Virus record (IMG/VR): IMGVR_UViG_3300045988_073522
Coordinates: 1 to 31,962 of that record
Length of the DNA: 31,962 nucleotides
Strand: one strand, 5' to 3'
DNA from: a virus
Shown: positions 7,785-17,647 of the stretch, in pieces
Layout: every line of letters begins with the position of its first letter
Numbering within the stretch: position 1 is the stretch's first letter
Made by a program: the position numbers and the translations under genes
The notes under the pieces: generated by a model
What the model was told of the DNA's origin: nothing
The model's database searches: none
The model's input: only the letters and a program-made list of their open reading frames with translations

Positions 7785-9506
7785 ATGAAAACATATTTAA
7801 ACAATTTGATTAATGAGTTGCCAACTAACTGTTTATTTGATAAAGGAAAAGTTGGATGTGGAGGAACTTCAATGGCAATTGAATGTAATAAGCCTTATGT
7901 TATTTGTGTTCCATTTACTAGCTTAGTTGAAAATAAACTTCAACAATATCCAAATGAAAGACGTACTGAGAAGATATTTGGAGTTTATGCTGGAGTTACT
8001 ATTAAAGAGATTAAAGATTACGTAGAGAGTGTTAAATGTCCTAAAATTATTGTTACATATAACTCACTTCCAAAAGTTATTTCTGCAGTTAATACTAAAG
8101 AATATAGTTTATTAGTAGATGAATATCATATACTATTTAATCAGTATAGCTTTAGAAAGGATGCTATTAAACCTGTTTTAGAGAACTATGAATTATTTAA
8201 AGATTTTACATTTATGACTGCTACTCCTCTTGAAGAAGAGTTTGTATTAGATGAATTAAAAGATTTAGAATTAGTAAAGCAAGAATGGGATGATGTTATT
8301 GAAACCAAGGTACAAGCCGTTAAATGTAAGAATGTTGAAGCTTCAACTATTAAATTAATTAATGCTGTTCTTAATAATCAAGTCGAAGGTAATGTTTATA
8401 TATTTGTAAATTCTGTAGACTTTATAAAGAATCTTATTCAGAAAGCTAAACTTACAGAAGAGAATACCAGAGTTATATATTCCAAAAACAATAAAACCAA
8501 ATTATCAATTCATAATTCTACAGTATTAGATGAACCTAAGAAAATAAATTTATTAACTTCTACAGTATTTGAAGGTTCTGATATTTATGATGAAAATGGA
8601 AGAATTGTAGTAGTAAGTGATGCTCAAAAAGCACAAACTCTTCTTGACATCTCAACTTCAATCCAACAGATTGCTGGCAGAATTAGAAATAGTAAATATT
8701 TAAACTGGATAACTCATCTTTACTCAGCAACAAGATATGCAGATATTAGTTATGAAGACTTTAAAAAGAAGAATATCCAGAATATTGAGGAAACTAAGAT
8801 TGCTGTAGATGCTTACAATGCAATGCCTGAAGTTGCAAGAAAGAAACTTAAAGAATTTACATCTGATACTTATATCCAAGTAAATGATGATTTTACATTT
8901 ACATTTGATCCAAATATGGCTAAGGTAGATATTTTTAACTTTAAAGTGACAAGAGGTTTATATTCTATTAGAACGAATCTTAATAAAGAATATATAAAGA
9001 ACGGATTTAAAAAAGTAGTAGAATGTGAAGACAACTCTATTAAGATTGATTTTGAATCTGATAATAAACCATTTAAAGAACTAATTAAAGAAGTTAGAAC
9101 AGAATGGGAAAATAAATTTAAACTGAATACTCCACTCTTAAATGATGCTATTATTAAATATCCTTGGTTACCAGAAGCTATTAGTAAATTAGGATTCGAA
9201 AAGATGGCAAGCTTGAAATATTGCATTTCGGATATTAAAGATGCTCTATTAAAGAAATCAAATAAAAGTGCAGATAATAAAGCAGCTAAGAAGTTAAATC
9301 AATCAATTACTCTTGGAATGTGGTATTCTAACGCTGATATTAAAAAGTTTGTTAAAGAAGCTTATGAAATTAGTGATATTACTATTACTCCAAAAGCAAC
9401 AGAAATTGATAAATATTATGAAGTTAAAAAATGCCAGAAAAGAGTAAATGGTAAACAAACTGAAGGTTATGTAATTATTAATAAAAAGTTTGTATTTAAT
9501 AAATAA
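7785..9506 (+). CDS. Superfamily-2 (DExH-type) helicase, 573 aa
   Basis: Intact in the standard code; all 5 Trp are TGG. 'GKVGCGGTS' (Walker A-like), 'LLVDEYH' (DExH), 'FMTATP' (motif III), 'TSTVFEGSDI' (V), 'QQIAGRIRN' (VI). TAA stop. Confidence 0.75.
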   Translation: MKTYLNNLINELPTNCLFDKGKVGCGGTSMAIECNKPYVICVPFTSLVENKLQQYPNERRTEKIFGVYAGVTIKEIKDYVESVKCPKIIVTYNSLPKVISAVNTKEYSLLVDEYHILFNQYSFRKDAIKPVLENYELFKDFTFMTATPLEEEFVLDELKDLELVKQEWDDVIETKVQAVKCKNVEASTIKLINAVLNNQVEGNVYIFVNSVDFIKNLIQKAKLTEENTRVIYSKNNKTKLSIHNSTVLDEPKKINLLTSTVFEGSDIYDENGRIVVVSDAQKAQTLLDISTSIQQIAGRIRNSKYLNWITHLYSATRYADISYEDFKKKNIQNIEETKIAVDAYNAMPEVARKKLKEFTSDTYIQVNDDFTFTFDPNMAKVDIFNFKVTRGLYSIRTNLNKEYIKNGFKKVVECEDNSIKIDFESDNKPFKELIKEVRTEWENKFKLNTPLLNDAIIKYPWLPEAISKLGFEKMASLKYCISDIKDALLKKSNKSADNKAAKKLNQSITLGMWYSNADIKKFVKEAYEISDITITPKATEIDKYYEVKKCQKRVNGKQTEGYVIINKKFVFNK

Positions 9507-9520
9507 AAATATTATATTTG
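9489..9520 (+). promoter_or_regulatory. Bacteroidetes-type promoter: TTTG-N20-TATATTTG, ending 4 nt before the ATG at 9525
   Basis: tttg tatttaataaataaaaatat tatatttg, read directly at the 3' end of the helicase gene. Confidence 0.45.
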
Positions 9521-9524
9521 TGAT

Positions 9525-9686
9525 ATGGAAGGAGATATTAAAGAAACAATTAAACAAACAGAAGAGTATATTAAAGAATTGGATAAATGAATACTTGAGT
9601 GTAAAGAAGCTACTAAAAGATTTGGTGATATTATAGATAAAGTATTAAAAAATAAAGATTATATGTTTATTTCTAAATTTGATTAA
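9525..9686 (+). CDS. Small hypothetical protein (53 aa)
   Basis: ATG at 9525, in-frame TGA at 9588-9590 (...ELDK-W-ILECKEA...), TAA at 9684-9686. Not in the track. Confidence 0.45.
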
Positions 9687-9688
9687 TT

Positions 9689-9829
9689 ATGGATGATTAT
9701 TTATTTAAAAAGCTTGAAGAACTAGAATACAGAATAGTTCAACTAGAAAACCAGAATAGAGGTTTAGTTTGGGAAGAAGTAGAAGAAATGCCAAAACCAG
9801 AAATTCCTAATGTAACATATACTGACTAA
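9689..9829 (+). CDS. Small hypothetical protein (46 aa, coiled-coil-like)
   Basis: ATG at 9689, 2 nt after the previous stop. TAA at 9827-9829. MDDYLFKKLEELEYRIVQLENQNRGLVWEE... Confidence 0.4.
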   Translation: MDDYLFKKLEELEYRIVQLENQNRGLVWEEVEEMPKPEIPNVTYTD

Positions 9830-9830
9830 T

Positions 9831-9974
9831 ATGAAATATCAAACCTATAAAGTATGCATAAATGGAGTGTATTATGTATATGTAATACCAGAAAATAGTA
9901 GGTTTTTAGTGGACTTACAAACAGGAGATTTAATACCTAAAGAAGATGATAAATTATTTGAAATGATGGAATAA
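9831..9974 (+). CDS. Small hypothetical protein (47 aa)
   Basis: ATG at 9831, 1 nt after the previous stop. TAA at 9972-9974. Tight head-to-tail packing with the two preceding small ORFs. Confidence 0.4.
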   Translation: MKYQTYKVCINGVYYVYVIPENSRFLVDLQTGDLIPKEDDKLFEMME

Positions 9975-9980
9975 ATGAAA

Positions 9981-10004
9981 ATAGGAGGGCATAAACCCTC
10001 CTAT
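9981..10004. terminator. Bidirectional stem-loop ATAGGAGGG-N6-CCCTCCTAT between convergent gene blocks
   Basis: Perfect 9-bp stem. Located between the plus-strand stop at 9974 and the minus-strand stop at 10011, with T-rich sequence on both sides. Confidence 0.6.
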
Positions 10005-10010
10005 TTCTGT

Positions 10011-10580
10011 TTAAGCGTATTTTCAAATGTATCCTTTAGATGTTTGCTTTAATCCACTACATACTCTACTAATGGCTCCTCTATCAGTTCCTACTGCATT
10101 AGCCGCTTCAGTACAGCTTTCATATTCCTTAATAAAGTTTCCCTCTAAATCATATTGTAAAACCTTTTTACATCTTTTCTTATTATGAATTTCATTACTA
10201 ATCTTCCAAGGCAAACTATATAAATGTTTCTTACCTTTATTTGATTCTGATAGTTTCTTTCTTCATTCTGTAGAAAATTTTATTCCATAGTTGCCACCTT
10301 CACCTCCTGGCTTCAAGTTTAAACACATTGGATCTACTTCCCATTTATCTCCTATTAATTCATACTCCTTTTTAGATAATTCATCTGAATCATTACAGAA
10401 TGCAATTATTTCTTTTTTATATGCATTAGGAAATCTTTTATAGTAGTTCTTAATAATTTTACCAGAACCTTTATATGGATCTTTATATGGGTCTTTTCCT
10501 TTATAAATACGCTTACCAATGTAATATTTTCCTCTCAATGAGCCAGCAGTTAAATAAATTTTATAACAATAGTAAAACAT
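10011..10580 (-). CDS. GIY-YIG homing endonuclease, copy 1 (189 aa)
   Basis: Track ORFs 10263..10580 and 10023..10214 share a frame. They are joined across TGA 10263 and extended past TGA 10023 to TAA 10011. 'YCYKIYL..GKYYIGKR', NUMOD3-like 'WRKKLSESNKGKKH', C-terminal 'SKGYIWKYA'. Confidence 0.8.
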
Positions 10581-11032
10581 TATATAATTGTAAATTTCTG
10601 TCTTCTCTGCAAACCCTCTTTATTCTTCAGTCCTAAATGAATTCAACTAGCTATTCCATTTCTAGGTTTCTCATAAATAAGTTGATCAAAATCATACTTT
10701 TCAATAGCTTCAGTAATCCAAACCTGAAATTCTTTCATTTGGCCGTTACTTGGAATTATATCTGCTGCATATCCTGTTAGATGGGCAGATGTCAAAGATC
10801 CTCCTACAGCTTTATTAAGCTCATTACATCTATAACCTGAATTCACACTTATTGCTGGATTCCCCAACCGATTAACATCACAATACTCTGCCCAATCACT
10901 TCTTAATGGGTCTAAAAGTTTCTCGACTAACTCTATAAGGTGTTCAGTAATCTCTTTATTTGGAGTATTATCTATCTTCTTAATAGAAGCTGTATCAGAT
11001 CTTGTTAATTCACTAATAGTAAAATATTTCAT
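10580..11032 (-). CDS. Endolysin, zinc peptidase M15 family (150 aa)
   Basis: 'SGYRCNELNKAVGGSLTSAHLTGYAADI' gives the H-x6-D zinc ligands. The track ORF stops at TGA 10643. Read-through gives 'IAS-W-IHLGLKNKEGLQRRQKFTII' up to TAA 10580, supplying the expected C-terminal His. Confidence 0.8.
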
Positions 11033-11193
11033 TATTTAATAATATCTTTAAGCATAGTATAACGGTAAAATAAATGACATCCTGCACCAAGTGCTATGAG
11101 TACTAATGTAATCCAAAATGGAATTACTTTTACCATTAAAAATACTAAGATTATAATTACTATTGCTATTAAATATTTCATCCAATATTTCAT
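11032..11193 (-). CDS. Holin-like small membrane protein (53 aa, 2 hydrophobic helices)
   Basis: ATG at 11193. TAA at 11034-11032 overlaps the endolysin ATG (TAATG). Helices 'YLIAIVIIILVFLMV' and 'FWITLVLIALGAG'. Too short for the track. Confidence 0.5.
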   Translation of the reverse strand: MKYWMKYLIAIVIIILVFLMVKVIPFWITLVLIALGAGCHLFYRYTMLKDIIK

Positions 11194-11196
11194 AAC

Positions 11197-11850
11197 TTAT
11201 TTATTTAAAATTATACTTACTTTAATTCCTGCATCTCTTAGTTTTACTCAAGTATCAACTGGCATCTCATTATCACAATAAGATAAGCCTAAAATTCCAA
11301 TATCTCTATCTTCTGATTTTAAATAGAATATTGCAATCTTATTAACATCATTAGATTTAAATGTATAATACATTCTTCTATCTAATTCCTTTATATCTTC
11401 AACATCTCCAAATCATCCTCCTTTTTTAGATGTTTCCAATATAAATAAATAATCAGATAATAGGAAGTCTTTATAGTGACTTGAAACTGGAGCAACTCCA
11501 GGTTCTGTTTCTTCACTATTCATAATTCCATAAGTGAATGGTAATCCTCCTAATCCTGAAGTGCCATTATGATACTCAATAACTCAAGCTCTATCTGCAT
11601 TCGTATCATTTAAAAGGTCTTTAAGGATATATCTAACCTTAAGATCCGCTTCTTGTCGTATTACTTGATTAGTATTATGAACTGTTTCTATATAACTTAC
11701 AACTTTATCATATATTATTCCTGGATTAGTACTTATAATTATTACATAAGAAATAAATATAAATCCAAATCCACCTTTAATTATTTTCCACAGTCCATAT
11801 TTATCTACTCATTCTAATACCTTTCCAAACCAGTTTAATTTATTTTCCAT
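11197..11850 (-). CDS. Membrane-anchored hypothetical protein (217 aa), lysis-cassette neighbour
   Basis: Absent from the track because of 4 in-frame TGAs (LEW, RAW, GGW, DTW). ATG at 11850 overlaps the upstream TAA (TAATG); TAA at 11197-11199. N-terminal hydrophobic 'GGFGFIFISYVIIIS'. Confidence 0.65.
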
Positions 11851-12275
11851 TACATATTATCAGAACAAGTACCCAGAGTGTTGTCTACAGCTAAATCAAC
11901 TCTAACAAATACTCCAGTACAAATATCTTTGAACTTCTGATAAAATGGAGTAAAAATTAAAGGATAAGAAATATCAACTTCTGGATATTGGTTATTAAAT
12001 CGGTTAATTATATTAGTTAATGCTAATATTCCAGCTGATTGCTCTTCAAGCTGATTATTATCAGTCTCATCCCATCTTGCTATAAAATAGAGATTTAAAG
12101 AGTAAGTAATAGTATCCTCATCCATATTAAATGTATTTGGAGTTATATAAAATACATTATATTCAATAGTTGGGATACTATTAAGTTCATATATATCCTT
12201 ACTTCCTACAAAATTAATATTGGGTTCTTCAAGAGCACAAGCTTTTAAATTGTTTATTAATTCAAAATACGTCAT
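11850..12275 (-). CDS. Hypothetical structural protein (141 aa), head-tail joining region
   Basis: The likely start is ATG 12275 (MTYFELINN...), 1 nt after the upstream TAA. The longer track N-terminus (to 12377) overlaps the upstream gene in another frame. No TGA. Confidence 0.6.
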   Translation of the reverse strand: MTYFELINNLKACALEEPNINFVGSKDIYELNSIPTIEYNVFYITPNTFNMDEDTITYSLNLYFIARWDETDNNQLEEQSAGILALTNIINRFNNQYPEVDISYPLIFTPFYQKFKDICTGVFVRVDLAVDNTLGTCSDNM

Positions 12276-12276
12276 T

Positions 12277-12954
12277 TTACTTACTCTTTTTATTGTTATC
12301 ACTTGAAGGGAAATCATAAGCTCTTTGCAGAGGACCTTCACAAGAATTATATCTCCAACCTTTACCTCTAGCTCCACCTAACCAAATAGTGCAAGATGAA
12401 CTTGAATACATATTTGGATACATATCTTTAAGAGGTTTATAAGAATACAATTCAGGAAAATCATTATAATATGTAATTACCCAATTTTGCAATCTAGTTT
12501 TAAAGAAATCTGCTTTATCTCTATAATACTTCTTAATAAGATTAACTTGATTAATATCAGAAGTTAAATCTTTCTCATCATCAGTCCTCATAACCCCAAA
12601 ATTACTCAGCTTAAATGAGATGGGTATAGTAATCTCACTTAATACTTGATAAAGTAAATAAGGCTGAATATAGTAATCTAGCAATTCTTTATATCTATGA
12701 TTTTCTGGGTCATCTATTGAAGTAGGATCATAAATAGGAGGTTCTATTGGATGAACTGGTTTATTTGGATCTTTTCAATCAATTACTAATTTCTGAATCT
12801 TTTCTAAGAGCTTAGTTCCAATTAATGACTGAAGCTCAATATCTTGTGCAAGTTTAATTGCTGACTGAAGATATTTACCAGAAACATTATTGTCTAAATT
12901 GGATTCTGATTTTATATAATCTTCAGATATTAATAGTACATTTCTATATTCCAT
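12277..12954 (-). CDS. Hypothetical protein (225 aa), possible head-tail connector/head-completion protein
   Basis: ATG at 12954 (the track start at 12684 is a TTG). TGA at 12775-12777; TAA at 12277. 'SGKYLQSAIKLAQDIELQSLIGTKLLEKI' resembles gp6-like connector N-termini; the functional call is weak. Confidence 0.6.
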
Positions 12955-13597
12955 AATAATATTTATAATTTTTGCAGGGTTTATTTTTTCTACAAGATCT
13001 AGATATACTAGAAGAATCTACATTATTCTTCTCTCCAGCTTCCTTAGCTGATTTATACTCACAAATAAAATTACCATCTAAATCATACTTATATACTTTT
13101 TTGCACTGACGTTCTGAAATTAGTTGTTTTTCTTTATCTGAGAGTTTCATACCTTTATTTCAAGGAGTTTTGCCTAATCTTGCCTCCCTCATTTTACGCT
13201 TGCTTTCATCTGAATGCTGTTTACCATAAAATGAGTTATTTTCTCCTGATCTTATAATTCTAAGACTATCTTTATAATCTTGTGAAAAAGAATATCCACA
13301 AGTACCGTCTCCTCCATCAGTTAAATTATACCCATATTTTGGATTTCTAGTATTATACTTATAAATCAGAATCTTTTCTAAAGTCTTAGCACAAGCTTCT
13401 GGAAGATTATCTCTAATTATAATATGCTCAAAATTATCTCAACCATATTTTTTAATTGCTCTGCTAAAATAAAGATTATTCTTGTAACCTTGACCTTTAG
13501 TTCCCCATCTATTATTTAAAGTAAGTGATGTTATTCCAAAATATAATTTATTATCAGCTATATTCTTATGGCAGTACACTGTATAATTATTCAACAT
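12944..13597 (-). CDS. GIY-YIG homing endonuclease, copy 3 (about 217 aa)
   Basis: Only the C-terminal 68 aa are in the track. Upstream read-through of TGAs at 13160 and 13439 gives 'YTVYCHKNIADNKLYFGIT', 'YGWDNFEHIII' and 'YGYNLTDGGDG'. ATG at 13597 (or 13606); TAG at 12944. Confidence 0.75.
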
Positions 13598-14678
13598 TTT
13601 CTGCATTGTCTGACATTCCTTTTGGAGTTAAACTAAATGGTTCAATAGTAATACTATTCTTAATGCCGAAGATTTTATCAAATGAGTCACAAATTTCTGA
13701 TTGTATTGGGCGTACAAAAGTACGATTATATAGCTTAAATGCTTCATTAAACTCATTTTCATTAAATCCTGAGCTATAGTTTAAACCGAACAACGAAGGA
13801 TTAGCTCTGAAGGCACAGAATATTTGATCTCTGGTTCTCTCAGATAATGATTGATATTTCTCATCAAAATCATCAGAATCTAATCTTTCAATAGTAGTCT
13901 TATTTGCCTCATCTGCATTATATGAAATCAATATTCTGCCAGCATTCTGATAACCAGAGAACTTCTCATTAATATTCCTCTCAATCTCCTCTCTAATTTC
14001 ATCTGTAGGTTCCCCATTATTAAAGTTAATAATAAGATTACCCATAAATCCATTATTGATGTTATTTAAATGGAATTCATTAATATTTTTCTCAGTTTCA
14101 CAAGATAAAATAGCAGCTCCATAAACAGGAATAGGATATACTCCTCTTGTTATATAACCTTTATTATAAAATATACTAGCTGGATTTTCATCCCCAGCTC
14201 CAAATTTTGGATATTTTATAGCTTTTACAGACCAAGCTGTCCAATCAGTTGCATAATATAATATATCATTCTTTTCGCTTGACCTTACATTCATAAAATC
14301 AATATGATATATCTCTGCAACTCTTCCGAGCATATCTCTAATTACTTGGATAGCATAACCTCCAAATATCATCTTATCAATAGTGATTTTTCTCATTATA
14401 TCAACTATTGTTTCACCTTTCTTGTTTACAACTACTTCAAATCCTGGAGCATTACATTTAACATCGTTACCAACAATAAAGTCAGCAGAACCATTAATAA
14501 TGGATTGGAGAGTGGCAACATTTAAATATAAATCCCATAGATATAATGGATATTTGTTATCTTCTCCCCACATTACATAATCTTTTCCCCTCACTTTAGT
14601 TTCTGTAGGTAATACGATATTACTTGCAATAAATGGATCAATAGCACTTAACTGAACTTTTGTTTTATTTTCGCTCAT
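13587..14678 (-). CDS. Putative portal protein (363 aa)
   Basis: Intact ORF with all 4 Trp as TGG. N-terminal 'VMWGEDNKYPLYLWDLYLNVATLQSIINGSADFIVGNDV' recalls PBSX/HK97-type portals. Called from motif memory only. Confidence 0.55.
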   Translation of the reverse strand: MSENKTKVQLSAIDPFIASNIVLPTETKVRGKDYVMWGEDNKYPLYLWDLYLNVATLQSIINGSADFIVGNDVKCNAPGFEVVVNKKGETIVDIMRKITIDKMIFGGYAIQVIRDMLGRVAEIYHIDFMNVRSSEKNDILYYATDWTAWSVKAIKYPKFGAGDENPASIFYNKGYITRGVYPIPVYGAAILSCETEKNINEFHLNNINNGFMGNLIINFNNGEPTDEIREEIERNINEKFSGYQNAGRILISYNADEANKTTIERLDSDDFDEKYQSLSERTRDQIFCAFRANPSLFGLNYSSGFNENEFNEAFKLYNRTFVRPIQSEICDSFDKIFGIKNSITIEPFSLTPKGMSDNAENVE

Positions 14679-15057
14679 AACTTACGTATGTATTAGGTTT
14701 GTCGTATTGATAATTATTATTCTCATAATCTCCAATTCTTATTAATCCTGTTCCCAATATAGGTATTGGTTTACCAGCAACTAATATCTGAGTACCATTA
14801 GTAAGAGTATTATTATATGTAACCAGAATAACTGGATTGCCATATAACTCTGATCTAAATGGATTGTTTACATCAACTATAACTTGAAATTTATTTGGAT
14901 TAGTAAATAAAATATATTGATATTCACCGTCTCTCATTCCTTCTTGAAGTGTAATATCAAACTTATAGTAGATATTCTCAGAATAATTCTGATTTTCAAG
15001 ATTAAATGTATAAACTTCTTTAGTAGTTGTATTTTGCATTAATAAAGTATAATTCAT
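14665..15057 (-). CDS. Hypothetical virion protein (130 aa)
   Basis: ATG at 15057, TAA at 14665, no TGA. First gene downstream of element copy 3. Confidence 0.6.
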   Translation of the reverse strand: MNYTLLMQNTTTKEVYTFNLENQNYSENIYYKFDITLQEGMRDGEYQYILFTNPNKFQVIVDVNNPFRSELYGNPVILVTYNNTLTNGTQILVAGKPIPILGTGLIRIGDYENNNYQYDKPNTYVSYERK

Positions 15058-15133
15058 ATTTTACAGCAATTTACATTAGTTTTACATATCTTTTTCTTAA
15101 AATATAAACCAATTTACTAATGTATTAAAATAA

Positions 15134-15159
15134 TTAAAGGAGACCTAAGCCTCCTTTAA
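15134..15159 (-). terminator. Stem-loop TTAAAGGAG-N8-CTCCTTTAA, followed on the minus strand by TTATTTTAAT
   Basis: Perfect 9-bp inverted repeat, 1 nt from element copy 3. Confidence 0.4.
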
Positions 15160-15160
15160 T

Positions 15161-15209
15161 GTCAAGTTTTTTACTCACTCAAAGTACTAAGAAAAAATAA
15201 AAACTGACA
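15161..15209 (-). repeat. Conserved intergenic element, copy 3 (49 nt)
   Basis: gtcaagttttttactcactcaaagtactaagaaaaaataaaaactgaca. In minus-strand sense it begins 5 nt after the TAA of the upstream gene. Confidence 0.8.
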
Positions 15210-15213
15210 AAAA

Positions 15214-16233
15214 TTATGCTGATGCTAAAGTTCAGTTTTTAGATGCAGCTAATGATTTCTGTTCCTCAGTAAGTGCATTATAAACATCTGCTGCAAATTG
15301 AATGGTTTGAGATACTTCTCCAGTTAAATCAGCAGCTTTATTTAGAATATTATCAATAGCCAAAGAATTAAGACTTGGCAGTTTACTTAAATCTAAATAC
15401 GTTTTTAACCCTACTATTCCTCCCATATCAGTTATATAAGTATTATCGGAAGATCAGCTATAAAATGGCCAATTAGAAAAGTTTTGTCCTGCTGCACTTA
15501 TATTTGTAACATCTCATTCAGGAAGTTCAGTTATATTATCAGGCAATTGTTCGTAGAATCCTCCTATTTCCATATTAATTACATTACCCGTAATATTAAA
15601 TTTCATAGTTGGTAATATTGTCACTCTATCTTTTTGAACTCCAGTAAACATACTAGACATAAGAATTGAACAACTTGGTCTAGAACTATTAAACTCAATT
15701 TCATTTACATTAATAACAGAGTATGCAAAAGTATTGGTAAAACTAGAATTACCATTCTCTTCAATAATAAATTTTTGAATTATTGGAGAACTGTCTTGTA
15801 TTTGAGTATTATAAAAAGCAAAGTTAGCACTGCTACAATATATTTCTGCTGGAAATAAAATATCAGAACATCTAATTTGATAAAAAGTATACTCTAAATT
15901 ATAATTCAAAATATTAAATAGACTATTTAAATTTATTGTTATGCCATTTAAATTTGCTTCTTGAAAAAATCATTTTGTAGAACTAGTATCATCAAATGAA
16001 TATGTAACATTATCATATTGTTCTTGTGTCATACTAGAATGTGCAAATGTTAATCCATAATCATTTAAATTAATCTTTCCTCCACTACCTCCAGAAATCT
16101 GTCCTATCTTATCTGCATAGCTTCTAAAGGTATCGGAATCTGATACAGCAACACCTTTAGCTACAATAGCATCTTTAATGGCACTCTTAGTACCTTCAAG
16201 ATACGTTAATTTATCAGAAATTGTATTTGCCAT
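15214..16233 (-). CDS. Fibre/receptor-binding-like protein (339 aa)
   Basis: Track ORFs 15970..16233, 15514..15909 and 15232..15426 are one frame. They are joined by TGAs at 15970, 15514, 15454 and 15232, ending at TAA 15214. N-terminal 'KSAIKDAIVAKGVAVSDSDTFRSYADKIGQI'; C-terminal 'EEQKSLAASKNW'. Confidence 0.75.
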
Positions 16234-16234
16234 A

Positions 16235-16756
16235 TTAGATATATTTAAATTTTACCCCTTTATAAGTGTCTGTTCTTCCTTTAAGACAATCTATAACTCT
16301 ACTATGAGTATACCCATCTATTGATGTTTCAATTGCATTTTTATATGTTTTAACTAGTAAATCATTAATAAATAGCCCTACAGGTTTACTAATTTTATCA
16401 ATACATCTATTTATTCTAGTTCCATATGTATTATTATACTTTGCATCACATCATTCTAAATTTTCTACCCTATTATCTGTCTTATTTTCATTTATATGGT
16501 TAACATATGGTAGATTGTCAGGATTTGGAATAAATGCTTCTGCTACTAGTCTGTGAACTTTAATAGCTTTAGGTTTATCTAAGCCAGATACTAGAATTAC
16601 ATAATTATAGCCATATTTATCTATATGCGGTTTTAGCTTTTTATGTATTTGTTTTCTGGTTCTTCCAATAGAATCTTTAAAAGTCAATGGGTTACTATAT
16701 ACATCTCCTGTAGAAGATACACTATAGTTAGGATAATTTGTTAATACTCTATTCAT
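16235..16756 (-). CDS. HNH homing endonuclease, copy 2 (173 aa)
   Basis: Start at ATG 16756 ([14 protein letters not shown]...). The track ORF stops at TGA 16451 right after 'RVENLE'. Read-through gives '[11 protein letters not shown]...KGVKFKYI' up to TAA 16235. Core '[25 protein letters not shown]'. Confidence 0.8.
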
Positions 16757-17408
16757 TTGGAATTTCACCATTAATTGTATCAAGAGTAGTTGAAATATTA
16801 CCAATCTGAGCTTGAATTGCTGAGATTTCTCCATCTAACTCTGTCATCTTTGTATTATATGCATCTGTAGTTACATAGTTTGATAACTCACTTTTATCTG
16901 CTTTAAGTGCAACTTCATCTTTAGTAGCTAATCCAGATACATCAGGAATCTTATTCTCTACAGTTGTAAGCTCTTCTTTAGTAGCAAAATCACTAGTATC
17001 AGGAATTTCTGCTTTAGTTGCATAATTACTTAAATCTACAGATAGTTGCAAACCTTCTCCATTTCTATGTAAAGATAGAGGTTGATTAGCTTGGAATACT
17101 TCCATCTTAGAAGTTTCTAACTCCTCAACTTCCCCTTTAAGATTAGTAATCTCTGTATTAATTGGAACAAGCTTAGCATCTATAGATTGATCTACTAAAG
17201 GAGGAACTTGATCTTCAATACTTTCTGTTACTTTAGTATTAATTAACTCTTCTGCTTTCTCCTCAGAAATGTAATTACCTTTAGGTTGGAATCTTTCATC
17301 TGCTTCAATCTTAGTATAAGAACCAACAGGAAGTTGTCCAGATTCAATACCACATTTCTTACTAACATAGAAAGTTTGTGTATTTTTAGTATTCTTAAGT
17401 ATAATCAT
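16749..17408 (-). CDS. Tail fibre protein with coiled-coil repeats (219 aa)
   Basis: Intact ORF, TAG at 16749. '[26 protein letters not shown]...' repeats are shared with the 800-aa fibre. Confidence 0.7.
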   Translation of the reverse strand: MIILKNTKNTQTFYVSKKCGIESGQLPVGSYTKIEADERFQPKGNYISEEKAEELINTKVTESIEDQVPPLVDQSIDAKLVPINTEITNLKGEVEELETSKMEVFQANQPLSLHRNGEGLQLSVDLSNYATKAEIPDTSDFATKEELTTVENKIPDVSGLATKDEVALKADKSELSNYVTTDAYNTKMTELDGEISAIQAQIGNISTTLDTINGEIPNE

Positions 17409-17410
17409 AA

Positions 17411-17647
17411 TTATCTAACTTTTATTGATTCCTCATACTCTTTAGAAGCTTTAATAGCTAATTCTTTATATTCAGCATCTTTATCTAAAGAGACTTCTGA
17501 TAGATGCTCTAAATCGCAACTTAAAGGACAGATACATTCGGTAAATGAACTATATGTTTTAATATCCATTCCTTCTTTATAGTTAGTAAGTACATAACCT
17601 TCTTCTGGACTAACTACTTTATATTTTTCTTTAATTTCAATTTTCAT
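17411..17647 (-). CDS. Hypothetical protein (78 aa)
   Basis: Preferred start is ATG 17647 (MKIEIKEKY...), 3 nt after the upstream TAA at 17650. The track start at 17674 overlaps the upstream gene. Confidence 0.5.
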   Translation of the reverse strand: MKIEIKEKYKVVSPEEGYVLTNYKEGMDIKTYSSFTECICPLSCDLEHLSEVSLDKDAEYKELAIKASKEYEESIKVR

